Shown in pieces: positions 18,607 through 28,401 of a stretch of DNA of 64,000 nucleotides. Position numbers and translations under genes: made by a program. Within the stretch, counting starts at the first letter, position 1, and each line of letters starts with the position of its first letter. This DNA is from a virus (lineage: Duplodnaviria > Caudoviricetes): IMG/VR virus record IMGVR_UViG_3300028840_001835. One strand, written 5' to 3'. Below the pieces are notes generated by a model that was given only the letters and a program-made list of their open reading frames with translations, ran no database searches and was not told the origin of the DNA.

Positions 18607-18991
18607 ATATGACCTCACCAAAAATGGCACACTGAGCTGCGGCGTCAACAACCCATGCGTCCCAGTTACCAAGCTCCAACAAATCCTCGAGTCCGTCAAT
18701 ACCATCAAAGTGGTAATCCTTGGCGAGAATTTTCTCCATGAGAATCTGAATACCCTTTTCGGCCATCTCAAGATCGACCTTGTAAAGTTTGGAATTTCCT
18801 TCATCATCCTCGTCCTCCAGATCCTCAAACACGAACATGAAAGGTTTCCCTGGGGTATCGCCATAACGCCAATTGATACACGACAGGCACATTCCGGCCT
18901 CAGGAAAGTTCTGATAAACTTCCTTGGCAATCGTTGTGACATTAATTGGAACCTTAAGTTCCACAATTTTGTCATTGGTCGATTCGGTCAT
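18599..18991 (-). CDS. hypothetical acidic protein
   Basis: 130 aa, overlaps with neighbours. Confidence 0.6.
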   Translation of the reverse strand: MTESTNDKIVELKVPINVTTIAKEVYQNFPEAGMCLSCINWRYGDTPGKPFMFVFEDLEDEDDEGNSKLYKVDLEMAEKGIQILMEKILAKDYHFDGIDGLEDLLELGNWDAWVVDAAAQCAIFGEVIYG

Positions 18992-19521
18992 ATATACCTC
19001 CTTAGTAAGGTTTTGATTTCTGGTTCATTCATATCTCCTAAATCTTTTCCCTCAGGCATGACCACATGCTCATGACCCATCTTGGCCAACTTCAACCCTG
19101 CGGCGTCTCCGTCGCAGACCGCCACCCTTCGATGGGGAAGTATTCGAAGCCAAGACCTGTGCCTCTTCGGATCATTAGAGAGAAGGGCAAATGCGTTCAA
19201 CCCAAGGTTGTGTAACTTGACCGCGTCAAATATACCTTCCGTGAGAAATAGATATTTCTTTCCAGGATCATATGTATCCAATCCAAAGAAACCTATTGCC
19301 TTCTTATAACCCTCACTTGTAAAGTAAGTAAAGTACCTCTGGAGTCTAGGGTCATGGTTATTCCGTATCTTGGGGCCGTTCGGATTATAGGTCTGATATC
19401 CGACCAGTTTGCCTGAAAAGTTATACAACATAAAAGTTGCTATACCATCAGCCTCAGATAAGTGAACAGAATACCGTTCGACTTTAAGATCCCTACTTCT
19501 AAGATGTTCTATTAAATCCAT
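18988..19521 (-). CDS. small TOPRIM (primase-like) protein
   Basis: FLTEGIFDA, VCDGDAAG, KDLGDM. Confidence 0.75.
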   Translation of the reverse strand: MDLIEHLRSRDLKVERYSVHLSEADGIATFMLYNFSGKLVGYQTYNPNGPKIRNNHDPRLQRYFTYFTSEGYKKAIGFFGLDTYDPGKKYLFLTEGIFDAVKLHNLGLNAFALLSNDPKRHRSWLRILPHRRVAVCDGDAAGLKLAKMGHEHVVMPEGKDLGDMNEPEIKTLLRRYI

Positions 19522-19727
19522 TATTTGTACCCCACCAGTTTTATTACCAATGTCTGTTCATTAGAATAAGGTATATCATCCATATCTAAATCTATGGTCA
19601 ATGTATCATGCTCACACCCCTGGCTGGTGAGAGTCCTAACACCACGATTTATCTTATGTCTAAAATCTTTGAGATCCATAAATTCCACACCACGAACCAA
19701 TTCATATTCCACAGACTTTTTATTCAT
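19521..19727 (-). CDS. hypothetical protein
   Basis: 68 aa in operon; weakly similar to 19724-19948 (GC.....I.L). Confidence 0.5.
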   Translation of the reverse strand: MNKKSVEYELVRGVEFMDLKDFRHKINRGVRTLTSQGCEHDTLTIDLDMDDIPYSNEQTLVIKLVGYK

Positions 19728-19948
19728 TTTCCAACCTCCTCTAATATATGTGAACCAGTCATAATAGACTGAACCTGATCCTCATCAAACTCCTCAACAT
19801 ATACCGAACCAACCTCTAGGTGAATAGATTGTTCATCGCAACCTCGTTTGACCAATATATCTTTAGCCATATTGATTGATCTTATAGCCTCTTCAGGACT
19901 ACAGTAATTAAGCTCCAGATAAATATTTTCATGAACCAATGTTCTCAT
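19724..19948 (-). CDS. hypothetical protein
   Basis: 74 aa in operon. Confidence 0.5.
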   Translation of the reverse strand: MRTLVHENIYLELNYCSPEEAIRSINMAKDILVKRGCDEQSIHLEVGSVYVEEFDEDQVQSIMTGSHILEEVGK

Positions 19949-20643
19949 TATCCATTCACCTTGCTAAAAACTCTTTTCTTGACTATACCGTGAGGATATA
20001 TACATAAGTCCTTTGCCTGACCTTTACCATAACACATTCCACACTTTTTACATTTAATTCCATGGGTCAGATTGAGGCATAACATCTCACCAACACCAAG
20101 ATCCGAAATATCATTGATCATCCTAAAAGTTCTCCAGCCTTTATTAGCGGCCCGAACCCGACCAACATAAGTCTCCACCGATGCCATCAGGATATCTCTA
20201 TATTCCTGATTATTTTCATTATCCCAATGATGGGTGTAACCAGTATGTTTTTTAGAATTCCGAAGTACCGTTCTCCACACCTCCACAGGAACGGCGGTGG
20301 GATCACCATAAGATCCGATCCGAATTGACTCGCCATTAAAAACATCAGAATTCCAGACCCGAGAATACTTCCCAGCCTTGTATGCTTTATAGATACTATC
20401 GGGCCCGAAGAAAGTCCTAACATAACAACCACCACCGAGACCAAACCTTTGTGGACAATCCCCGCAGATCGATTTATCGTCCAAAGACTTAATTGCATCA
20501 GTCGGACGAATATCCGACCTGATAATAAAAGTCTGGATCATGTCACCAGTCTTTGAATTTTTCGATCCGAATGTAGCAATCGCCACTATCGGTTCACCAT
20601 CAATCCTGGACGGGCCTTCATATAAGATATATCCCTTAGTCAT
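19948..20643 (-). CDS. conserved phage Cys-motif protein (radical-SAM-like fold suspected)
   Basis: ICGDCPQR..GGGCY, RIGSYGDP, TGYTHHW, C-terminal CKKCGMC. Confidence 0.55.
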   Translation of the reverse strand: MTKGYILYEGPSRIDGEPIVAIATFGSKNSKTGDMIQTFIIRSDIRPTDAIKSLDDKSICGDCPQRFGLGGGCYVRTFFGPDSIYKAYKAGKYSRVWNSDVFNGESIRIGSYGDPTAVPVEVWRTVLRNSKKHTGYTHHWDNENNQEYRDILMASVETYVGRVRAANKGWRTFRMINDISDLGVGEMLCLNLTHGIKCKKCGMCYGKGQAKDLCIYPHGIVKKRVFSKVNG

Positions 20644-20645
20644 AA

Positions 20646-21074
20646 TTACATCCTTCTTTCACATTCCGGGCCAATGCCTAATTCTATGGACTTGGGGGTT
20701 GTCAACCGACGTCCACACCTGCAACATTTGCCTTCGTGTTTTATCCCATATCCTTCTGGGACAACCTTGCCTTGTAAAATCATCCCGATACCCCATTCCA
20801 GAACCTTCCAGGCTTTTTGGTCCCGTACTTTGGTCCCTTTGGTAGGATGCACATAGTATGTTTTGGTATTGAAAATTCCCATATAAGAATAGGATCGTTC
20901 ATTATCCGATCCTGTCATTAATGAAACAAAGAATGGGCCATTATCCACCTTGTTTCCTTCCCTGTCATATTGGCACTGCCTAATCTTAAAAGTAAAGTGA
21001 TCACCCTTATCATTATGAATAGTGAACACCGCATTGCCACCTCTGAAAAAGTCCTTGTTTTTGATTTCATTCAT
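20646..21074 (-). CDS. phage protein with C-terminal zinc motif (DUF6011-like)
   Basis: CCRCGRRLTTPKSIELGIGPEC. Confidence 0.65.
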   Translation of the reverse strand: MNEIKNKDFFRGGNAVFTIHNDKGDHFTFKIRQCQYDREGNKVDNGPFFVSLMTGSDNERSYSYMGIFNTKTYYVHPTKGTKVRDQKAWKVLEWGIGMILQGKVVPEGYGIKHEGKCCRCGRRLTTPKSIELGIGPECERRM

Positions 21075-21095
21075 GATACCTCCAGTTTCATTATA

Positions 21096-21290
21096 ATTAT
21101 ACTAGGTTTTCAGGCCGCATTCAAGATAAAAACCAACCCGAAATTACGGTATTTTGACGAAAAACCGGGGTTCGATTCCTGTTTTTAGCCGAAAAACCGG
21201 GGCGGGCTCCCGGCCGGGGTTTTGACTGAATTTCGGGACCCTGGTTTTGTTCAGAAAACCCTTGAATTTTATCCCGTTCTATGATATAAT
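21096..21290. promoter_or_regulatory. divergent sigma70 promoters with GC-rich spacer
   Basis: minus TTGAAT-17-TATAAT (21096-21124), plus TTGAAT-17-TATAAT (21262-21290). Confidence 0.7.
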
Positions 21291-21424
21291 TGAATAATAG
21301 AAATCCCAGCCAGTTGGTCCGCTTTTGCCCCAGGGCGATTAAATGGGTTAAGAGAAACACAGGGAACTGCAGATAACCCTGAGGAGTATCACTGGGGCAG
21401 AATTTTAGGTGAAAGGAAATTCAA

Positions 21425-22102
21425 GTGAGCAAGTACGAACAGAAGGTCAGTCGAGAGGTTATAGAATCCCACTACAAGAATCTGAAATTATTTCTGGGTA
21501 GGATCGCCAAGAGGATCGAGCTGATGGGTTCTTACCGCAGGGGTAAGAGCCTTATTGGTGATCTGGACGTGGCGGTTGAATTAAGGGCGTGCGTCAAGGA
21601 AGACGATGTTAAGCAGGCCGTTGAACAGGTGTTCAAATATAGCAAGGATTTCGAGGTCACCTCTGGTGGCAACAAGCACATTACATTACACACGGCACTG
21701 GCCGGGATCAGGACCCAGCTCGATCTTTACTTTTTTAAACGGGCGCATTGGGGACCTGCCTCTTTGTTTTTGACTGGTAGCGGTCAGCACAACCAGCAGA
21801 TGAGATCGTATGCAAAATCCAAAGGTTGGAAGCTGAACCAGTATGGTCTTTTTGATGAGGATGGAAACCGGTTGGACAAGAACACCGAGCGGAGCATCTA
21901 TAAGGAGCTGGGTCTTCCATATGTCAAACCCGAAGATCGTAAGGGGGAGGATGAACTGGGTCTTGGTAAAAAGGTGAACAAGTCCATAGTCCGGAGGGTC
22001 AGGTCCAGCGATGGGAAAAGGTACTACACCGTAAAAAACGGAACGTGCACCTGCCCCGGATACAAGCATAGAAAGTTTTGCAGACATCTAAACCTAAAAT
22101 GA
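21425..22102 (+). CDS. minimal family X DNA polymerase with C-terminal SWIM-type zinc finger
   Basis: GSYRRGK..GDLD, LDLY, LFLTGS, LNQYGL, YVKPEDR; tail CTCPGYKHRKFCRH. Confidence 0.85.
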   Translation: MSKYEQKVSREVIESHYKNLKLFLGRIAKRIELMGSYRRGKSLIGDLDVAVELRACVKEDDVKQAVEQVFKYSKDFEVTSGGNKHITLHTALAGIRTQLDLYFFKRAHWGPASLFLTGSGQHNQQMRSYAKSKGWKLNQYGLFDEDGNRLDKNTERSIYKELGLPYVKPEDRKGEDELGLGKKVNKSIVRRVRSSDGKRYYTVKNGTCTCPGYKHRKFCRHLNLK

Positions 22103-22317
22103 AAGGAAATAAAATGAAAGGTCTTATAGATACATCCGATATCCAGCATTCCTACTGGAAGCTAAACGGGCTTATGAAAAGACTGAATAATTTTTTCACA
22201 TATCTTTTTGCTGCGTTGGCATCAATATTGATTCCAGTCGCGGTTGACAATTCCATGTATCTCGTTCTATATAAACAGTTCGATGGTAAGAATCCAATTA
22301 AGGAGATGGATTTATGA
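22078..22317 (+). CDS. small hypothetical protein (true start probably downstream ATG)
   Basis: ORF between polX and HD gene. Confidence 0.4.
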   Translation: MQTSKPKMKGNKMKGLIDTSDIQHSYWKLNGLMKRLNNFFTYLFAALASILIPVAVDNSMYLVLYKQFDGKNPIKEMDL

Positions 22318-22931
22318 ATTCACCCAAACAGTATCTAATTGAATATTTTTACAAGGAACTCAAAGAGGGTATGAGAATGGCCAAACATCAATTCTCCCTG
22401 GGACCGTCTAAAAACTCCCAAAAGTTTGATAGGGACATTGAAGAGGTCGTTCAGTTCGCCGCCCATGTTCATCATGGACAGAAATATGGAAGTCTACCAT
22501 ACACTGTCCACCTCAAACAGGTTCATGATGTATTGGCTGAGTTTGGAATCACAAATCCAGAACTACTTGCGGCTGCCTGGCTACACGATACCCTTGAGGA
22601 CACGGAAAGTAATTATCACGATCTTCTAAAGGAGTTTGGTAGGGTGGTTGCAGATGTGGTCTATGATATGACTGACGAACTTGGTCATAACAGGAAAGAG
22701 AGAAAAATCAAGACGTGGCCGAAGATGGCCTCCAACTACAGGTCTGTCATAGTGAAACAGGCAGACATGATCGCAAATGGTCGGCGTGGTAAGAAAATGG
22801 GCAACGACAAGTACCAGATGTATAAGAAGGAGTATCCAGCATTCCGTGAGTATTTCGAGTCTAGGACTCTCGGTGCAATATGTCTCTGGGAAGAACTGGA
22901 TAAACTTTTTGAGTACAGGACGGCGGCATGA
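22314..22931 (+). CDS. RelA/SpoT-type HD hydrolase (small alarmone hydrolase / MESH1-like)
   Basis: AAHVHHGQKY, PYTVHL, AAWLHDTLEDT, VKQADMIAN. Confidence 0.85.
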   Translation: MNSPKQYLIEYFYKELKEGMRMAKHQFSLGPSKNSQKFDRDIEEVVQFAAHVHHGQKYGSLPYTVHLKQVHDVLAEFGITNPELLAAAWLHDTLEDTESNYHDLLKEFGRVVADVVYDMTDELGHNRKERKIKTWPKMASNYRSVIVKQADMIANGRRGKKMGNDKYQMYKKEYPAFREYFESRTLGAICLWEELDKLFEYRTAA

Positions 22932-23100
22932 ATAGACAAAAGATAGACTACACAGAAAGGTTTTTTCTCTGGCTGATAGGCTGGTGTAAAATACTGGACG
23001 GTATCATCATGGTGCTGTCCCTCACCCAACATCAAACTAATCTAACACAGAAGGCAGGTTCAACATTCACACAATGGAGACGTAAATCAGGGAGGTGCAG

Positions 23101-23961
23101 ATGAAACAGGTTATAATGACAAAAGGTTTACCGGCGTCCGGGAAGTCCACATGGGCAAAGGACCTGATAACAAAACACCCCGGTGTATATAAGAGGGTGA
23201 ACAAGGACGATCTTCGTGCCATGCTGGACGTGAGTAAATGGTCTGGCTCCAATGAGAAGTTTGTACTAAAGATCAGGGATGAGATAATTCTGAAATCTCT
23301 GGATGAGGGCAAGCATGTCATAGTGGACGACACCAACCTTCATGAGAAACATGAGACACACATACATGATCTCATTAAGGGCAAGGCGGAGCTGCGGATT
23401 AAGGATTTCACCGATGTGGATCTGGACACCTGTCTCAAGAGGGACGCCAAACGTGAAGCCAGTGTTGGTAAGAAGGTCATTATGAGAATGTACAATCAGT
23501 ATCTTAGACCCGAGCCTGTAAAATACAAATTTACTCCTGGACGTTCAATATGTATTATCTGTGACATTGACGGAACGCTTGCAAAGATGGTTTCCAGAGG
23601 ACCATTCGAGTGGGACAAGGTTGATCAGGACGAAGTGAATGAACCCGTGAGGCATATCATAGAGAGATATACCATGTTTGACTCTGCATATAAGATCATC
23701 ATGCTCTCTGGTCGGGATGGTTCCTCAAGAGAACTGACCGAGAAGTGGCTGGAAGAGAATGGGATATTATACCATCATCTCTATATGAGAACTGCTGGCG
23801 ATTGTAGGAAGGACTCCATAGTCAAACGAGAGCTGTATGACAAATACATCGCCAAAACTTATAATGTACTTTTTGTTCTGGACGACAGGAATCAGGTTGT
23901 TGATATGTGGAGAAATGAGTTAGGTCTCACCTGTCTCCAGGTTGCTGAGGGTGATTTTTAA
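23101..23961 (+). CDS. pseT: polynucleotide 5'-kinase / 3'-phosphatase (T4 Pnkp-like)
   Basis: GLPASGKST, VDDTNL, DIDGTLA, SGRD, LDDRNQVV. Confidence 0.92.
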   Translation: MKQVIMTKGLPASGKSTWAKDLITKHPGVYKRVNKDDLRAMLDVSKWSGSNEKFVLKIRDEIILKSLDEGKHVIVDDTNLHEKHETHIHDLIKGKAELRIKDFTDVDLDTCLKRDAKREASVGKKVIMRMYNQYLRPEPVKYKFTPGRSICIICDIDGTLAKMVSRGPFEWDKVDQDEVNEPVRHIIERYTMFDSAYKIIMLSGRDGSSRELTEKWLEENGILYHHLYMRTAGDCRKDSIVKRELYDKYIAKTYNVLFVLDDRNQVVDMWRNELGLTCLQVAEGDF

Positions 23962-23976
23962 GGCGCAAGAAAACCC

Positions 23977-24005
23977 TTGACATTCAATTTGAATTATGAT
24001 ATAAT
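23977..24005 (+). promoter_or_regulatory. consensus sigma70 promoter
   Basis: TTGACA-17-TATAAT upstream of the sigma gene. Confidence 0.85.
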
Positions 24006-24031
24006 GAACTAAAACCAAGAAAGGAAAATCC

Positions 24032-24829
24032 ATGAACATACAAGGACTATATATAAAGGACATCAGAAACACCGCACCAATCTCCAGAAAGGAAGAGGAT
24101 GCACTTCTGAAACTCGCCCAGGAAGGAAATCAAAAGGCGAGAGAGAAACTGGTTAAGGCAAACATGAGATTCGTTCTCAAGATAGCCCTCCAGTACAGGT
24201 TCTGCTCTGTACCTCTTCCCGATCTCATAACGGAAGGTGCCATGGGACTTGATCATGCCGCTAAACGATTTGATCGTGAGAGAGGTCTAAAGTTTATCAC
24301 CTATGCGGTGTACTGGATCAGAGCATTCATCACAAGGGCTCTTAATGAACAGAGCTCCCTTATTCGAATTCCTGCCAATCAGCATCTTAGGATTCGACAG
24401 TCGCTAAAAGAATTCACGACCACTGCCGATCTTCCTGACGATGTTCAGGAGTTCATGCAGCTTAGTAGTTCCGGGACATCCATCCATCAGACCGTGGGAA
24501 CAGGTCGTACCACATTTGGCGATACCATTCCCGATGCGTCCGCGGCAAATCCAGAACATGGGTTGAACCCATATATGGCCGATGAACTGGCTATGGATGT
24601 TCTAAAGATTCTTCCAGAGAAGGAGCTTTACATAATGAAGTCTCTCGCTGGAATAGGTATCGAGGAACCCAAAACACTTAGGGAGATCGGTAAAGAAATG
24701 GATCTCTCCCATGAACGAGTTCGCCAGCTTCAGAAGCAAGCAATCCGCAGAATTCTGAAGTCAGACGATGGTGAACTTTTCATAGAAAGGTTCAAACAGA
24801 TACTGGCGTCTAGGGAGGAGAACGTATGA
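24032..24829 (+). CDS. sigma70-family RNA polymerase sigma factor (regions 1.2-4)
   Basis: LVKANMRFV, DLITEG, FDRERG.KFITYAVYWIR, TLREIG..SHERVRQLQ. Confidence 0.9.
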   Translation: MNIQGLYIKDIRNTAPISRKEEDALLKLAQEGNQKAREKLVKANMRFVLKIALQYRFCSVPLPDLITEGAMGLDHAAKRFDRERGLKFITYAVYWIRAFITRALNEQSSLIRIPANQHLRIRQSLKEFTTTADLPDDVQEFMQLSSSGTSIHQTVGTGRTTFGDTIPDASAANPEHGLNPYMADELAMDVLKILPEKELYIMKSLAGIGIEEPKTLREIGKEMDLSHERVRQLQKQAIRRILKSDDGELFIERFKQILASREENV

Positions 24830-25086
24830 TCATTAGAACCGTATATATTGCATATCATTATTCAGAAGATGATTTTCATGGGTTTGGTTGGGTCACTGCG
24901 ATTACCGACGAGCCAGACTTTTTAACCGAGGATGGTGTTAAACGATTATCTAAATTAATAATGTCTGCAAACTATTCAAAGGAACATATCACAGACCCAA
25001 GTAATATCGTTGTGATAAACTGGAAGTCTCGAATTATGTTCTGGAGGTCTATTTGGGAGACATTGAAAGGAGTGTTGCCAACATGA
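24826..25086 (+). CDS. hypothetical protein
   Basis: GGAGG RBS, ATGA overlap. Confidence 0.55.
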   Translation: MIIRTVYIAYHYSEDDFHGFGWVTAITDEPDFLTEDGVKRLSKLIMSANYSKEHITDPSNIVVINWKSRIMFWRSIWETLKGVLPT

Positions 25087-25583
25087 TCGCTTACATGATC
25101 AGACTTAAAAAAGACTCCAGGTTTAACAAGACCAAATCTACCCTTTATTCCAAGGGTGGTATCAACTGTGTACACATATCCAGATGCCTGGCGGAGCCAT
25201 TAGACAAAGCCAACACCGCTCTTAACATGAGGAAGTTTGGAACAAGGGGTAAAATGTTTGTGTCCGCCAAGGACATATATAACCATCTCAGATATTATAG
25301 AGAAGATGGCAAACAGCTGTACCTTCAGGAGACCGAGGTCGTTACCTTTAAGCTGAAAGACATCCACACGACCGATCCCAGGCTAGTAGCACATGACTTC
25401 TTCAGGCTTTGGCCAAAGATCGTGAAGTGGGGTAAGGAGAAGGCACTTTTCAATATGCGTTCAAAGAACAGCAATATCCGATATCTCACCAACGAATTCA
25501 CCAAGAGGATTATCAAGAATGGAGAAAGCGAGGAAAGCAGGCTTAATTTGGACAATTCTAAGACTGCGAGAAACCGCCCTTAG
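25053..25583 (+). CDS. hypothetical protein (start probably near 25083)
   Basis: 176-aa ORF in operon. Confidence 0.5.
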   Translation: MGDIERSVANMIAYMIRLKKDSRFNKTKSTLYSKGGINCVHISRCLAEPLDKANTALNMRKFGTRGKMFVSAKDIYNHLRYYREDGKQLYLQETEVVTFKLKDIHTTDPRLVAHDFFRLWPKIVKWGKEKALFNMRSKNSNIRYLTNEFTKRIIKNGESEESRLNLDNSKTARNRP

Positions 25584-25730
25584 AGGCTCGAAAATTTGAC
25601 CCACATCTTGACACTTTTTCGATCTCAAACCGCTTGAAAACAGCCAACGCCCCGGATAGAAATCGACACAACAGAAAAGCCCTGGGAGATACATTCCCAG
25701 GGCTTCTTTGCGTCTATTTTGGACTTGAAT

Positions 25731-26432
25731 TTAAACCAATCTCAATATATCCTCATAAAGAATGGTATACTTTTCTACGGTTCTATTCTGATGAAAATGT
25801 CCACAGAACCCTTTCTCAAAATCCACTGTCCCATATATATGCTGTAGATAATCGCAGGTCGGATCATGTAACGGATGTCCGGCATGAAACTGAAAATCCG
25901 CAACTACATTAACCAGACTCTGTGGTAACGTGTGGGTCAATATGTAATCGACTTTGTTTTTATGAGACTCTAGGATATTAAGTCCCGCCTCCATCTCAAT
26001 TGAATTCGGAAGCTCCTGTCTCCACCAGTCCAGTCCTTCGGTGCGCCACAGTTTGTCTATACTTAACGCCCCTCCGAAAGTGAAGATGGACTTTCCATCA
26101 AAGTCATAAATCTCCGCACGTCTTAAATGAAAGATACTATCGGATACTTTACCGACGCTCCCACCAAACATTGAAATCTTTTTCAATCGTCCCAATCTAT
26201 AATGATTGTCGTGATTTCCGTCAATGAACAAAGTGGTCCATGGTTTTTCATCGAGCCAGGATGTCCAGTTCCGCTCCACGTGATTTGGACTGTTTCTCCA
26301 GAGCAGACCAAAATCCCCAAGAACGATAACGTAATCCTTCTTGGTCAAGGTGTTGCCTAAAACAAAATTGTCTGACCCTAGTTTCTCTATATCTAGCGGG
26401 ATATGAGTATCACCTGTAAGAAAGATTTTCAT
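25731..26432 (-). CDS. calcineurin-like metallophosphoesterase
   Basis: GDTH, LGDFG, DGNHD, THT, GHFH. Confidence 0.9.
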   Translation of the reverse strand: MKIFLTGDTHIPLDIEKLGSDNFVLGNTLTKKDYVIVLGDFGLLWRNSPNHVERNWTSWLDEKPWTTLFIDGNHDNHYRLGRLKKISMFGGSVGKVSDSIFHLRRAEIYDFDGKSIFTFGGALSIDKLWRTEGLDWWRQELPNSIEMEAGLNILESHKNKVDYILTHTLPQSLVNVVADFQFHAGHPLHDPTCDYLQHIYGTVDFEKGFCGHFHQNRTVEKYTILYEDILRLV

Positions 26433-26446
26433 ATTGAATGTCCCGT

Positions 26447-26809
26447 TTAAGCGCCGGAACCCCGGCCGGGAGCCCGGCGGTCTCCTTTCTTTCGCCTTCG
26501 TTTGATATATGCAATAAATTCCTGAATCTGATTAGCATGTTTCATACTCCAGGTCGCACTTGACGAATATGTATTTGGCTGTCCTTTGATTGCGTACCAT
26601 ATATTGAAAAAATAAAACTTGATCTTTCTCCAGCGATTTCCATTCACCCATTTTCCTGGCAACGGTTTGAACTCAAGATAAAATTCATCCATGTCTGGAT
26701 CTTCATTATCCTCCCAAAACACCAACCTTGACACGTGGTCAAAGTCCGGACAGTAACAGTCTATATATGTCTCATACCCGTTGTCTGTCTTTATGAATTT
26801 ATACGCCAT
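26447..26809 (-). CDS. hypothetical protein
   Basis: 120 aa in operon. Confidence 0.55.
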   Translation of the reverse strand: MAYKFIKTDNGYETYIDCYCPDFDHVSRLVFWEDNEDPDMDEFYLEFKPLPGKWVNGNRWRKIKFYFFNIWYAIKGQPNTYSSSATWSMKHANQIQEFIAYIKRRRKKGDRRAPGRGSGA

Positions 26810-27758
26810 TGATCTCCCTCTCTATCCATTTATATGTTAATCGCATCCCTCTCTCAAGATCGGTGCTTGGTACCCAACCAAGCTCCTTATGTATCAATCT
26901 ATTATCCGAATTTCGTCCCTGAACACCAACGGGTCCGGGTGTATTCTTTATTGTTAAATCCTTTCCAGAGATTGCTATGACCAGCCTAGCGAGGTCGTTG
27001 ATCGATATACATCTATCAGAGCCAATATTGATCGGCTCAGAAACATTAGACTCCATGAGCCTTCGTATTCCCTCTATACATTCATCTATATAGAGAAAAG
27101 ACCTCGTCTGTTTACCATCACCCCAAATCTCGATCTCTTCCCCATCCTTCGCCTCTGCCACTTTTCGACATATTGCCGCGGGAACCTTTTCCTTTCCTCC
27201 ATCAAATTCACAACGAGGACCATATACATTGTGCAATCTTGCAATCCTTACATCAATTCCATAGACCTTAGAGAACGATTCGTATAGCTTCTCTGAATAT
27301 AACTTCTCCCATCCATATGGGCTATCGGGTTCTGCGGGTATCGCAAGGTGTTCGGACAATCCTCCATGATTCCTCTTTAGTTGCATACGTTTTGGATATA
27401 CACATGCGGAGCTTGGAAAGAATATCTTCTTGACTCCATATTTTATACAGGAGTTTAATACATTGATGTTTATCTTTGCTGACATCCACATCACCCTTGC
27501 ATCGTTCTCACCCGTGAATAGAAAACCAGCGCCTCCCATCTCGGCCGCGAATTGATAAACCTCATCAATTCCCTCCATGGCCTTATCACAATACTTACTA
27601 ACTTTTAGATCATTTAATATCCATTCATCCATTTGGGGGTTTGACTTTGATAAAGACCAGTAGTCAATACCACGAACCCAATGACCTTCATCTTTCAATC
27701 GGTTCGCCATATAACTACCGATGAATCCATTCACACCACAGACCAATATTCGTTTCAT
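26799..27758 (-). CDS. NAD-dependent nucleotide-sugar epimerase (GDP-mannose 3,5-epimerase-like)
   Basis: GVNGFIG, FAAEMGGAGF, SSACVYP, YGWEK, KVPAAICRKV, IEIWGDG.QTRSF. Confidence 0.9.
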   Translation of the reverse strand: MKRILVCGVNGFIGSYMANRLKDEGHWVRGIDYWSLSKSNPQMDEWILNDLKVSKYCDKAMEGIDEVYQFAAEMGGAGFLFTGENDARVMWMSAKININVLNSCIKYGVKKIFFPSSACVYPKRMQLKRNHGGLSEHLAIPAEPDSPYGWEKLYSEKLYESFSKVYGIDVRIARLHNVYGPRCEFDGGKEKVPAAICRKVAEAKDGEEIEIWGDGKQTRSFLYIDECIEGIRRLMESNVSEPINIGSDRCISINDLARLVIAISGKDLTIKNTPGPVGVQGRNSDNRLIHKELGWVPSTDLERGMRLTYKWIEREINGV

Positions 27759-28183
27759 TATGTCATCTCCGCCTGTGCCCACTCTACGTAGGCCTTCAAC
27801 CTTTTGTCCGTCACATCGACTATGATATTGCCACGAACAAAAATCTCATAGCTATCACGACCATACTTGCCGATGCCATATAGCTCGTCCACATCTTTCC
27901 ATTGTTTGTAAAGCCAATCAAATGAAAACAATTTCAATCTCTGTGTTCTCTGGCGACCAAAACCAAGTGGACTTATAAAATCAAACATCTCATTCTCATC
28001 CGCATTAATAACATCCTGTGGCGTTGGGTATCGTTTGAAGAAATCTTTAATCATTGGTTTGACCTGTGTCTTACCTTGCGTCTGATTGAGGAATATGCAA
28101 CCAACAAGCAGCTTCCAGGGTTCTTTCCTGTACCACTCCTGAAGCAGGTTTAATGGTGATGTATATACAGGGGTAACCATCAC
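27758..28183 (-). CDS. MBD4-like HhH DNA glycosylase domain
   Basis: WKLLVGCIFLNQT, PLG, LYGIGKYGRDSYEIF, D..L..Y.EW. Confidence 0.8.
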   Translation of the reverse strand: MMVTPVYTSPLNLLQEWYRKEPWKLLVGCIFLNQTQGKTQVKPMIKDFFKRYPTPQDVINADENEMFDFISPLGFGRQRTQRLKLFSFDWLYKQWKDVDELYGIGKYGRDSYEIFVRGNIIVDVTDKRLKAYVEWAQAEMT

Positions 28184-28383
28184 ATATCTTCCCAGCCGAT
28201 GTTATCAAGAAACTCCTCAGCATCACTATATGCGATCTTCAGAATCTTCTCTCCATCACTATGACCTTTTGAACGACGGCCCCGTTCAAAATCTATTGCG
28301 GTGAGTAATTTGTCCAACCTTGAACAAGCCATCTTGGCGATTGTCCTATCACTTTTCTTTCGTGGAAGTTTTGTTTTACTCAT
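28180..28383 (-). CDS. hypothetical protein
   Basis: 67 aa in operon. Confidence 0.5.
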   Translation of the reverse strand: MSKTKLPRKKSDRTIAKMACSRLDKLLTAIDFERGRRSKGHSDGEKILKIAYSDAEEFLDNIGWEDM

Positions 28384-28401
28384 TCAATATCCTTTCAATT
28401 G

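Noticed and set aside
18607-18975. 237-aa ORF 18262-18975 as listed
   Set aside because: The 5' part overlaps 18599-18991 in another frame; real start is likely 18606
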